From the NCBI GenBank assembly GCA_903881665.1, contig CAIRUC010000111.1:4815-68814 (forward strand): 64,000 bases of DNA, given 5' to 3'. Below the pieces are notes generated by a model. That model was given only the letters and a program-made list of their open reading frames with translations. It was not told the origin of the DNA and searched no databases. Position numbers and translations under genes: made by a program. Positions 1 to 9,507 of this stretch are shown here, piece after piece. Within the stretch, counting starts at the first letter, position 1, and each line of letters begins with the position of its first letter. Source of the stretch: an uncultured Bacteroidota bacterium. Its GTDB lineage: Bacteria; Bacteroidota; Bacteroidia; AKYH767-A; OLB10.

Positions 1-2
1 GC

Positions 3-3000
3 CATCTACAGCCTGATACCAATCCAAATGTAACAGCTAGTGCCAACAAGGAAGGCTATTATCCTTATGACCATATTAACTTACATTCTACGGGACAAAT
101 TGGAAGAGCTGTTGACACAATAGCATTAAATCCGGTTGGTGTTGATAGTCTAACTAAGTTTTATTTTGATATTCGCTATTTAACTGCTGATTTACCATTT
201 GTAATTAAGGGAAATGATTCGATTCGACCTATTTTTGAAACATTACCTGCTGGTTCGGATTTTGGTATGGGATTAATGATGATTAAATTGGACGATAGAA
301 GCAATTTATGTGCACCACTTGATACAATTATTGTCCCGGCAGATTTAGTAACGATTGAAACATTGAAAGATCCTGAGGTGCCTGACAGCAATGTATCCAT
401 TGTTCGCTTGGTTTTTCCTTGTAATTATATGCCTTGTAGTGGGACTACTTTGCAAACGCTTCTACAAAATCATACCTACAATTTAATTTTGGATATGAAT
501 GTCGCACTAGCTAACTTGGGCGAATTAGGAGATTCGGCACTTTACGTGAATAGTGGGGTTTATCCTATACATCCATTGATCGCGATGTTTTCTTATACAG
601 TAGATACTGTTTATCATGGCAGCTGCGATCCTTGGACATCAAATATCACTTATTATCAAATTGATCCATATTTTATAAGGCACTACCTAGTTGGTCCAAA
701 TGCAAAAGATGTATTTCTTAATTTCCAACAAAATCAGTGCGATGCGGTATGGAGAAAAATATACTCCGTTAGAGGAGGTGTGAAGGATGACATTTTAGAT
801 TTTCCTGGTGAGTATAGGCCAATTTACAAATTCCCTAACTCGGTAAATTACAATATTGTACCAGACTTATTAAGTGATAATGGAGCTGTATTTCGAACTA
901 ATTCTTCGGCCAGTTATCTTAATAGCGTTGGACTGGATTACTTTACAGCTTTTAATTATCTAGATGCCAATTATGTAAAAAGTGTTGACAAAACTGGCTC
1001 TGCGCTTACCATTTTTAATGCCTACTTTAACAGAGGATGCAGCATGTATCAGCCTCCAAAGGATTCAGTGAATCATATAAGTGGCTATGTTCAGTTTGGT
1101 GCATATGCTGGGCGATATATTGATATGTCCAGTGATAGTATTACCAACACTTACATTCCTGCTGATAACAATGATACTTTTAATATCGAAATTAAAAGTA
1201 TTGCAACGTATCAAAATATCAACACTAATCCTTCTGATTCAATTGAATTAAGTTTAATGTATGATTTTAATGCACCTCAATCTAATGCATTGGCTCCTAA
1301 TACCTATGTTTATTTTACGGGTGTAAACAATTCCCACACAAAATTAAAGTTGTTTAAAAAGGTAAATGGCACGTACATCTTACTAAATTCATTTGAGAAC
1401 ATTTATAACCCTGATATAACCTTTTTTGAACTAGATACTTTGCATGACGAAAAAGTTGAGAAATTGTGTCTAGTAATTCAATGGGATGATTGTAGTTTTA
1501 TGGATTCAACGAGAAGTTTTTCAATTGTTGCCCATGCCGGATTAGCGTGTAAAGGGTATGCATATTTATTGGGAAATAATTTTGGAGCTAACGATTCGTT
1601 GTTTTCTTGCAAAGAATTTTCTTCAGAACCATTTGTAATGCATGTAGAAAATTCTTCTATTTCAATAAGTGATTTTTCAAACCCACCTCAAATATCTAAC
1701 TGTGGCAGTTTTCAATTAAATTCTACCGTTTCGTCTCTTGGAGCTGATATTTCAAATGGCATATTAACTGTAACTACTCAACTGGGCTGCATTTTATCTC
1801 CAATTACCTCAACAATTTCATTTGATAATGTTACGGTAAACTTATTTTCTTCATCATGTTTACCCACAACTACTACTAATGCTGGTACCACTGTATATAC
1901 ATGGTCAATTGATTCAATTATTTCTGCCGGTTATGGAGGAGTTGGGACAGTTCATTTTAATACAAATTCTAATTATAATAACCTGTATTTAAATCTTGGT
2001 ATTGGTGCAAATGGATTACCTCCGGGTGCTAGTAGTCCAAATTATTATGTTGTAGTTATAGAGGCTAGCGGAAGCGATCTTTGTGGCAATTTAGATTCAG
2101 AGTTGGTGAACGTAATTAACATTCCTTACGATAGTATTCCAAGTGGCTATCTAACCATCGTTCCATCAGGTTCTCTGTGCCAAGGTGATACTTTACTACT
2201 TAGTGCTGTTCTGGATAGTATATTTCCGGTTAGTTACTTGTGGTCTACAGGAGATACGACTCCTTCAATTGTGGTAGATAGTGTTGGTTTATATTACTTG
2301 CAAGTAATGGACAGCCTGGGCTGCATCTACACGGCCTACTTAAATTTGTCAGCGATGCCGCAGTTAATTTTGCCGGACTCAGATACATTAGATTGTAATG
2401 CTGATTCTTTATTGGTAACTGCATCTGAACCTTGCAGTTCGTGCACATACAATTGGAGCAATGGAGCAAATACAAATTCTGCATATGTCACAGCAGGAAC
2501 TTCTTACGTTACTGTGACAGATACCTTAACAAATTGCACTGCAACGGACTCCATAGTTGTGATTAATCCGAATTTTAATGTGAGTATAGATTCGACTAAC
2601 AATGGTGTGATTTGTTTAGGAATTCCATTTATGCCGGATACCTTGACAGCTCATTTTAATAATTTGATTGGAGCACCTTATCATTGCTATTGGTTTGGCC
2701 CTAACTTCCAAGTATATAGCGATACAAATAGCATTATTGCCTCTAGTCCTGGCACCTATGTGCTTTTAGCTATAAATAGCTTTGGTTGTATGTCCACAGA
2801 CACAGTCACAGTAATTGATATTACTCCTGTCGCAACTTTTGTTCCAAGTACCATTACCGTAATTGGATCTGGGCAACAAGTCATACTCTCTCCAATTGTT
2901 CAAAACCCGATAAACCCAAGCTATCTTTGGAGTAATGGTGCCACCTTGTCCTCTGATACCGTTTTATCAACTAGTCTCATTAAGAATTACCAAGTTACTG

Positions 3001-5636
3001 TTACAAATCATTATAACGGATTGGTTTGCTCAGATACTGCAAATGTGGTGATAGAAACAACGGGAATAAGTGCAAGATGCAATACATTTGGTAATGAAAT
3101 TGATCCTCGTTTGTTTCAAACTACAGTGTGGGGATATTATATCCCATCAGGCAACTATGATTTAAATGCGGATGTGGAAGTTCGCGGACATGTAACCATT
3201 TTACGAAATAGCGAATTCTCGATTGGGAAAAATGTAAAGATTACAGTAAAACCGGGAGCTACCCTCAATATTGAATTTGGCGGATACTTCCATAGCTGCG
3301 ATAGCGATATGTGGACCGGCTTTATTGTAGAACCCGGAGGTACAATTAATATTTTAGGCGATAGCGCTTCTCCTGCATTAGTAGAAGATGCAAAAATTGG
3401 TGTTGAAGCGTCTGACAATTTGAACCATCATGCGCTTGTGAGGATTAAAGGAAGAGTAACATTTAATTCCAATTACATAGGAGTTTATTTACATGATGGA
3501 GACTTCTCCGATGCCGAATTTGGAGGTACAAGGTTTACCTGTTCAAAAAAACTCAAAAAGCCATACAGTACCTCAGTAAACGATCAATTTTCATTCTGCC
3601 ATATAAAAGCGGTCAACGCAGGCTCAATAACATTTGCGTATAACGCGTTTAATAACTATCTTTATATCAACGAATTTCACGATGCTATGTACTGTCTCGA
3701 TTTTCTTAAAACGAACCTCAATGTAGAAGGCTGTTTATTTAGCCAAGCTAACATGCCTCTATTAAATAAAAATCAGTCGGCAATTCGTTTCATTGGAAAT
3801 TCAAGCAATACTAGCGCTGTTTATACATTGAACGTAAAAAGACTCACTTCCAATCCAATTCTAAATCGATTTGAAGAATGTAAACGAGGAATATTAGTTC
3901 GCCAACGTTGCCAAGTAGATATCGATAGCAATTATTTTTACAGAAATATTGTGGGCATTGAGATAAACAATAATCGTCGCTCTAGTTATATCAACAAATC
4001 AGGTAGCATTAAGATTGTTAACAATGATTTTCGTTATGTGTCTGATTATGGTGTTGAAGTATGGGACAATCCAATGGTATTTACGTATATTCACAATAAT
4101 CTCTTTAATATTTTCAATGGATTTCAATTTGACCCTTTAATGGAAGGAAAGAAAGGTATTTATGTGCATAATAGTGCGAAGACTAAGACGATGCGTGAAA
4201 ATGGAATAACATCAACTATTAGTGGAAATGCAATTAAAAATTATCGTTTCGGTATTCAAGTGATGAATCAAGAGTATGGTCAAATTAATGATAATATTAT
4301 TACGTATGATGTGCCGGACTCAATTCTTACTTATGCTTTTCCTATTAAAAGAAGGGGTGTTCATATTCAAAACAGCAGTAATATTTCAATTGCTTCAAAT
4401 TATGTAAGTAGAGTGCTAAATGCAAATAGTACATTGAATACAAACACCATTCAAAATCCATTTAATTCAAATGATAGCACCTCGTTACTTAGTGGTTATA
4501 GTGAAGAACTTAGTAATAATATATATAAAGAAAACAGAACCAAGGATCTCCCCACTGCATTTAGAATCGCATATAACTGCATGGGATCGGTAATTGAATG
4601 TAATTCATTCGAAAGTGGCGTCGAAGGTTTTAAATTAGAAGCCGGAAGAATAAGTGATCAAGGAGATACAACCTATACCAATGGCAATAAGTGGGTGAAT
4701 TGGAATTTCAATAGTGCAACAAGAATAAGTGGTAGCCCTCAAAGTCCCCCAATTCGTTGGTATTGGAGTATTTTAAATCAGACCGAGGAAGATCCTTCGC
4801 CAGGTGCAATGGCAATTCCTCAAGGAATATTTAATGTTCCTCTTGCGGTTATTTCCTGTTCTGAAAATTCATGTGATTATTGCTCCGAAAGATTAGAACG
4901 TTTAATTGCAATTGCTGATACATTAAATTACGATAACGAATTGCGCTATAGTATCGAAAATTACGTATACCGTAATATTAAGGATAGCTTGCAACTACTT
5001 TATAGTGGGTCATTATTTGCTTCAAACTTACAGAATTTTTTTACTACGCAATCAATGTCAAAAATTGCTATACTTGCTAATGTAGATGAATTGTTAAATA
5101 ATAATGACTATGCAACCGCATATTTCACAAACACTTCCCTTTCTGCGGATAAATTATCGGAGGAGAACATTCAAATTATTAATGAAATATGTGTCAAATT
5201 TCATTTTAATTTTGAGAGTATAGATGACGCGACAGTTTTGCAATTGCAATCGATTGCCTACCAATACCCTTCTGTTGGTGGAGAAGCAGTTTACAGAGCG
5301 AGAGCTATACTTCGTTTAGATATAGATGATACTGAATTATCATATCGAATGGCAGAGCTTGCAGAAGAGAAGTCCGATTCAAACCGAAAACATTTCATTG
5401 TTTATCCAAACCCAACAAAAGGTTTAACTACGATAAAATTTGACGACTCAATGCAGGCTCAATATAAGGTAAATATCCTCGATAATTTAGGGCGCATATT
5501 AATTGATAAACAGATGGAAAAGAAAGGGGATAAAATAGAGTTTGATTTATCATCTTTGCCGTCTGGTTTTTATTCCCTAAAAGTAATTGATATAAAAGGT
5601 TTTGAACAGAGTAAAAAAATCGTATTGATAAAATGA
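3..5636 (+). CDS. Giant secreted cell-surface protein, 5'-partial. Contains tandem Cys-containing Ig-like repeats, a parallel beta-helix-like region, a helical module and a T9SS C-terminal sorting domain.
   Basis: The ORF track starts this at M267. I translated the same frame from nt 3 (HLQPDTNPNVTASANKEGYYPYDHINLHSTGQIGRAVD...) and found no stop, so the gene continues beyond the left edge. About four repeats of the pattern C.G..L.A...Y.WS.G.T...V...G.Y.V.V.D..GC lie at about nt 2120-3060. A beta-helix-like region (GHVTILRNSEFSIGKNVKITVKPGATLNI...) lies at about 3060-4640. The C-terminus FIVYPNPTKGLTTIKF...GFYSLKVIDIKGFEQSKKIVLIK resembles a type-A T9SS CTD. Confidence 0.85.
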   Translation, partial: HLQPDTNPNVTASANKEGYYPYDHINLHSTGQIGRAVDTIALNPVGVDSLTKFYFDIRYLTADLPFVIKGNDSIRPIFETLPAGSDFGMGLMMIKLDDRSNLCAPLDTIIVPADLVTIETLKDPEVPDSNVSIVRLVFPCNYMPCSGTTLQTLLQNHTYNLILDMNVALANLGELGDSALYVNSGVYPIHPLIAMFSYTVDTVYHGSCDPWTSNITYYQIDPYFIRHYLVGPNAKDVFLNFQQNQCDAVWRKIYSVRGGVKDDILDFPGEYRPIYKFPNSVNYNIVPDLLSDNGAVFRTNSSASYLNSVGLDYFTAFNYLDANYVKSVDKTGSALTIFNAYFNRGCSMYQPPKDSVNHISGYVQFGAYAGRYIDMSSDSITNTYIPADNNDTFNIEIKSIATYQNINTNPSDSIELSLMYDFNAPQSNALAPNTYVYFTGVNNSHTKLKLFKKVNGTYILLNSFENIYNPDITFFELDTLHDEKVEKLCLVIQWDDCSFMDSTRSFSIVAHAGLACKGYAYLLGNNFGANDSLFSCKEFSSEPFVMHVENSSISISDFSNPPQISNCGSFQLNSTVSSLGADISNGILTVTTQLGCILSPITSTISFDNVTVNLFSSSCLPTTTTNAGTTVYTWSIDSIISAGYGGVGTVHFNTNSNYNNLYLNLGIGANGLPPGASSPNYYVVVIEASGSDLCGNLDSELVNVINIPYDSIPSGYLTIVPSGSLCQGDTLLLSAVLDSIFPVSYLWSTGDTTPSIVVDSVGLYYLQVMDSLGCIYTAYLNLSAMPQLILPDSDTLDCNADSLLVTASEPCSSCTYNWSNGANTNSAYVTAGTSYVTVTDTLTNCTATDSIVVINPNFNVSIDSTNNGVICLGIPFMPDTLTAHFNNLIGAPYHCYWFGPNFQVYSDTNSIIASSPGTYVLLAINSFGCMSTDTVTVIDITPVATFVPSTITVIGSGQQVILSPIVQNPINPSYLWSNGATLSSDTVLSTSLIKNYQVTVTNHYNGLVCSDTANVVIETTGISARCNTFGNEIDPRLFQTTVWGYYIPSGNYDLNADVEVRGHVTILRNSEFSIGKNVKITVKPGATLNIEFGGYFHSCDSDMWTGFIVEPGGTINILGDSASPALVEDAKIGVEASDNLNHHALVRIKGRVTFNSNYIGVYLHDGDFSDAEFGGTRFTCSKKLKKPYSTSVNDQFSFCHIKAVNAGSITFAYNAFNNYLYINEFHDAMYCLDFLKTNLNVEGCLFSQANMPLLNKNQSAIRFIGNSSNTSAVYTLNVKRLTSNPILNRFEECKRGILVRQRCQVDIDSNYFYRNIVGIEINNNRRSSYINKSGSIKIVNNDFRYVSDYGVEVWDNPMVFTYIHNNLFNIFNGFQFDPLMEGKKGIYVHNSAKTKTMRENGITSTISGNAIKNYRFGIQVMNQEYGQINDNIITYDVPDSILTYAFPIKRRGVHIQNSSNISIASNYVSRVLNANSTLNTNTIQNPFNSNDSTSLLSGYSEELSNNIYKENRTKDLPTAFRIAYNCMGSVIECNSFESGVEGFKLEAGRISDQGDTTYTNGNKWVNWNFNSATRISGSPQSPPIRWYWSILNQTEEDPSPGAMAIPQGIFNVPLAVISCSENSCDYCSERLERLIAIADTLNYDNELRYSIENYVYRNIKDSLQLLYSGSLFASNLQNFFTTQSMSKIAILANVDELLNNNDYATAYFTNTSLSADKLSEENIQIINEICVKFHFNFESIDDATVLQLQSIAYQYPSVGGEAVYRARAILRLDIDDTELSYRMAELAEEKSDSNRKHFIVYPNPTKGLTTIKFDDSMQAQYKVNILDNLGRILIDKQMEKKGDKIEFDLSSLPSGFYSLKVIDIKGFEQSKKIVLIK

Positions 5637-7168
5637 AGGTTAGGCTGGTTTTAGTTATCATTCTTTTTTTTAGCTCTCTTGCAAATGCTCAGGTAAAAGA
5701 TCGTTATTGGGTATTTGGCGATAGCGCAGCGATTGATTTTACGAATTTGCAAAATCCGGTACCTGCTATTAGTATGCTGCGATCTCGAGGAACTTGTGCT
5801 AGCATCTGCGATAGTTTAGGGGGGGTAATGTTTTATTGTGGAACACCATTTATTCCACTATGGCTTTCAGGCATTGGAAGTCTCAAATTTGGTTATGCTG
5901 TAAATAAGTTTCATCAATTAATGGATAATGGTGATAAGTTATTAGGGGAAGGTTGGTACCAAGAAATGACAATAATTCCTGTTCCAGGTGATTCGATGAA
6001 GTATTATATTTTTTGTGCTGGAGTGCTCCCACCTGTAAACGGCTTGCACTATTCAATCGTCGATTTGTCTTTTAATGGTGGACTTGGAAAAATTATTCAG
6101 AAAAATGTTTTGGTAAATTCTGATACGTTATGTGATGCGATAGCCGCTGTCAGGCATGGGAATGGTCGGGATTGGTGGATTGTCACTAAAAACTGGAGCT
6201 ATTCCCCGGTTTATCGAAATGATATCCAAGTAACACTTGTATCACCTAATGGGGTAACGCAATTGCCTTTGCAAAACATAGGTAGCCTAAATACAAATGC
6301 AGGTTTCACCCGTCTTAAATTTAATACAAATGGAACTCACTTATATTGTGTACATAACGAGGGCATGATTGATCGCTTTGATTTTGATAGGTGCACAGGC
6401 TTGCTTACTAATTTCCATAATTTTGTCCCATCTGGGACCAGTTATAAAAATTACTGGGGTTTTGAGGTTTCTCCTGACGAGAGTAAAATTTATACAACTT
6501 CAATTTATAATACTGCCAACCAAGATTCTTCATTCTTATTTCAATTTGATTTGAATGCGCCTAACGTTTTGACTAGTGTCGATACATTGGGTGTATTTGT
6601 TCAGCCAGATTTAGCTGGCGTAGTTCAAAAAGGACCAGACAATAAAATTTATTTAAGTGTAACTTGGACAGGAGTAGATACCTGTTATGACTATTTGTAT
6701 TGTAATGAAACTGTAAATACAACCAATTCTAATATTTCTGTCATCAATAGTCCTGATAGCTCGGGCGCAGCCTGTGACTTTCAACCATTCAGTTTTTATT
6801 TAGGAGGTCATAAATGCTATACTGGCCTTCCCAATAACCCTAACTATGAACTAGGTGCATGGGTAGGAAGCCCTTGCGACACACTAACGGTAGGTATAGG
6901 AGAAGTTTTAGTAAATAAAAATAACTTGTCGATATTTTATGATCCAAGAATTAAAACAGCCTTTGTTAATGCAAAGGGATTACGTGGCAAGAAAGCTAAA
7001 CTTCAAATCTTCAACTCCGCCGGACAATTGGTGTTCACACATACCTCCCCAACAGATGGGGAGTACTTTACCCTCGATGTAGATATGTCACCTTACATGG
7101 ATGCGATGTATGTAGTAAGGCTAGAAACTGAAAAAGAGATGGTGAGTGGGAAGTTTGTGAATAGGTAG
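5633..7168 (+). CDS. Secreted beta-sheet-rich (propeller-like) protein with a divergent T9SS-type C-terminal domain
   Basis: The 511-aa ORF has an ATGA start/stop overlap with the giant gene. Signal peptide MKVRLVLVIILFFSSLANAQ. Motifs RHGNGRDWW, FEVSPDESKIY and VQKGPDNKIYLS are present. The C-terminal ~80 aa (LSIFYDP...MYVVRLETEKEMVSGKFVNR) are CTD-like. Confidence 0.8.
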   Translation: MKVRLVLVIILFFSSLANAQVKDRYWVFGDSAAIDFTNLQNPVPAISMLRSRGTCASICDSLGGVMFYCGTPFIPLWLSGIGSLKFGYAVNKFHQLMDNGDKLLGEGWYQEMTIIPVPGDSMKYYIFCAGVLPPVNGLHYSIVDLSFNGGLGKIIQKNVLVNSDTLCDAIAAVRHGNGRDWWIVTKNWSYSPVYRNDIQVTLVSPNGVTQLPLQNIGSLNTNAGFTRLKFNTNGTHLYCVHNEGMIDRFDFDRCTGLLTNFHNFVPSGTSYKNYWGFEVSPDESKIYTTSIYNTANQDSSFLFQFDLNAPNVLTSVDTLGVFVQPDLAGVVQKGPDNKIYLSVTWTGVDTCYDYLYCNETVNTTNSNISVINSPDSSGAACDFQPFSFYLGGHKCYTGLPNNPNYELGAWVGSPCDTLTVGIGEVLVNKNNLSIFYDPRIKTAFVNAKGLRGKKAKLQIFNSAGQLVFTHTSPTDGEYFTLDVDMSPYMDAMYVVRLETEKEMVSGKFVNR

Positions 7169-7172
7169 AAAT

Positions 7173-7934
7173 ATGAACGGTCAATTATTCATTCATTACT
7201 CATTTGCATATAATTTTGTAAAAACAAAATTGCACTCTAATGTTGCAGCTAAGCCACGCAGTGCGTCTTTCGTCTCTATTGCTGGAGCGAAGCCCCGCAG
7301 TGTGGCGTTTCGCCTCTACTGCGGGGATGCGAGTTTACAAAGTTTCTTCACCGCTGCATCGATAAGTAAAATTGGAGAATTTAATAGTATAGATGAACTC
7401 ATAAGGGGCAATGATTTTGCGAGCGCAAATTTCAGAAACTCAGCTTTACAAATTGATAGATTATCAGAAACCAACTTGCAAACAGTTAACCGTATCATAA
7501 TCCAACTAAAAGGAAACTTCGATAACATTGATAGTGTAAGTTATTATGAATTATTAGCTATAGCATACCAGTTCCCTAGCATCGGTGGAGAAGCTGTATT
7601 CAGAGCACGTGCAATTTTAGGAATTGATGTTGATGATACTCAATTATCATATAGGTTGCCAAGTGCAGTGACTGCAAATGATGAAAAAGATTTTGAAATT
7701 TATCCAAATCCAAGTTTGGGGAAAGTATCCATAAAATGTAAGTTAGAGGAAGGAGAAACAGCGAATGTTCGCATATTTGACGCTTTGGGTAGATTGGTTA
7801 AGTTGCAAGAGATCAAATCAGGTGAGAATAAAATTTCTTTAGGTAGTACTAAGTTTTCAAATGGCCTCTACAATTTTACTGTCAAGACATCACACGATAG
7901 AATTATTGTTAGTAAAATTCTTTTAAGTAGATAG
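7173..7934 (+). pseudogene. Orphan C-terminal fragment of a paralogue of the giant surface protein (helical module + T9SS CTD only)
   Basis: From about nt 7332 the product (SLQSFFTAASISKIGEFNSIDELIRGNDFASANF...AYQFPSIGGEAVFRARAILGIDVDDTQLSYRL...FEIYPNPSLGKVSIK...) aligns with the last ~200 aa of the 3..5636 product. The first ~53 codons are translated repeat DNA (AAKPRSASFVSIAGAKPRSVAFRLYCGDA). There is no signal peptide and no internal Met. Confidence 0.65.
7246..7326 (+). repeat. Tandem ~38-nt imperfect direct repeat; the second unit forms a 9-bp GC-rich hairpin and carries a GCGAAGC core
   Basis: Unit 1 is agctaagccacgcagtgcgtctttcgtctctattgc. Unit 2 is agcgaagccccgcagtgtggcgtttcgcctctactgc. 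CCCCGCAGT (7293-7301) pairs with ACTGCGGGG (7318-7326). GCGAAGC lies at 7287-7293. Confidence 0.7.
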
Positions 7935-7936
7935 CT

Positions 7937-9471
7937 ATGAGGAAATCATATATAATATATATATTAATATTTTGGTCATTAAATTTGATTGGTCAAAATA
8001 CAGATCGGTTCTGGGCCTTTGGAGACAGTTCTGCTATAAATTTTGGAAATTTGACCAATCCTATATCTTCAACGTCAGTTTTAAGGTCGCGTGGTTCTTG
8101 TGCATCTATTTGTGATAGTTCCGGGAATTTACTTTTTTACTCAAGTACGCCTCAAATTCCCCCTTATCCCGCAAGTACTTTAATCGGAAAATGGAGCTAT
8201 ATTATTGGGAAAAACCACCAGACAATGCAAAATGGTGATACAATTGTAGGTGCAGCATGGTATCAGGAGATGGTAATTGTCCCGGATCCGGCTAGTTCTA
8301 TGAAATATTATTTGTTCTCAGCAGGGGAATTGGCTCCGGTTTATGGGCTTTATTATTCCAAAATTGATATGTCTTATAATAACGGACTAGGTAAAGTAAT
8401 TCAGAAAAATGTGCAAATAAATAGCGATAGTATTGCTGATGGAATAACTGCTGTTAGGCATGGTAATGGACGTGACTGGTGGGTGATTGTACGTAATTGG
8501 AAAGGTCAGCAGTATACGAATGATATCTTGGTTTTTTTAGTAGATCCTAATGGTGTAACTGCAATGCCAGTACAAAATATAGGGGTACCTGAGATTATGG
8601 ATGGGTTTGTAAGACTTAAATTTAATAAGACTGGTAGTCATGTTTATAATGTATCTGCATCGAGTGTAATTGAACGATATGATTTTGACAGATGCACTGG
8701 TTTATTTTCAAACCCTCATACATATCAAGGATTATTTGGTCCTCCCTATAGATTTTACTGGGGCTTCGAAGTGTCGCCTGATGAAAGTAAATTATACGTT
8801 TCTTCAATTTATCAAACAGCTAATTATGATACTTCATATTTGATTCAATTCGATTTGAATGCGTCAAATTTTGCTGCTAGTGCCGATACTTTGTATACTT
8901 ATTTAGCTCCGGATATGCCAGGTTTGTTGCAAAAAGGTCCTGATAATAAAATTTATTTAAGTACTTATTGGGCAGGAGCTGATACTTGTTTCGATTACTT
9001 ATACTGTTATGAAACAGTGAATACTACTAATACATATTTATCTGTTATAAATGCCCCTGATAGCATCGCGGCAGCGTGTGATTTTCAACCATATAGTTTT
9101 ACCTTGGTGGACATAAATCATACATTGGACTCCCTAACAACCCCAATTATGAATTGGGTAAATGGGCTGGCTCCCCATGCGATACTTTAACTTCCCTACT
9201 GCCAAGTATTTTTCCTAAACAGCATAAACTTAATTTGTATTACGACCCAACTTGGCAAACAGTATTTGTTAATGCAGCTGAATTGAAAGGAAAACAAGGA
9301 GTATTAGAATTTTACAATAGTAATGGACAATTGCTTAGTAAATCATCCCAATCGATTGATGGTGGTTATTTGATGCAAAGCAGTTCATTCGCTTCTCAAC
9401 CTAGTGGAGTGTATGTTGTTCGGTTGCTAACTGAGAAAGAAGTTTTAGTTGGGAGGTTTGTGAAGAGATAG
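7937..9471 (+). pseudogene. Paralogue of the 511-aa secreted protein, interrupted by a single-nt frameshift
   Basis: ORFs 7937..9190 and 9154..9471 together align end to end with the 5633..7168 product. Frame 0 reads QPYSF(TLVDINH...). A -1 shift at the T4 run 9097-9100 gives YSFYLGGHKSYIGLPNNPNYELGKWAGSPCDTL, which matches FSFYLGGHKCYTGLPNNPNYELGAWVGSPCDTL in the paralogue. The span is 1535 nt, one short of 512 codons. Confidence 0.85.
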
Positions 9472-9490
9472 GGCGGATTTTGAATTTTGT

Positions 9491-9506
9491 CCCGATAGCT
9501 ATCGGG
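9491..9506 (+). terminator. Perfect 16-nt palindrome CCCGATAGCTATCGGG, 20 nt after the stop codon
   Basis: The inverted repeat was read directly. It is followed by attggatttt, a weak T tract, so terminator function is only plausible. Confidence 0.35.
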
Positions 9507-9507
9507 A

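Noticed and set aside
267-5636. M267 as the true start of the giant ORF
   Set aside because: The frame is open from nt 3 with protein-like sequence and no signal peptide at M267. The gene is truncated by the window edge.
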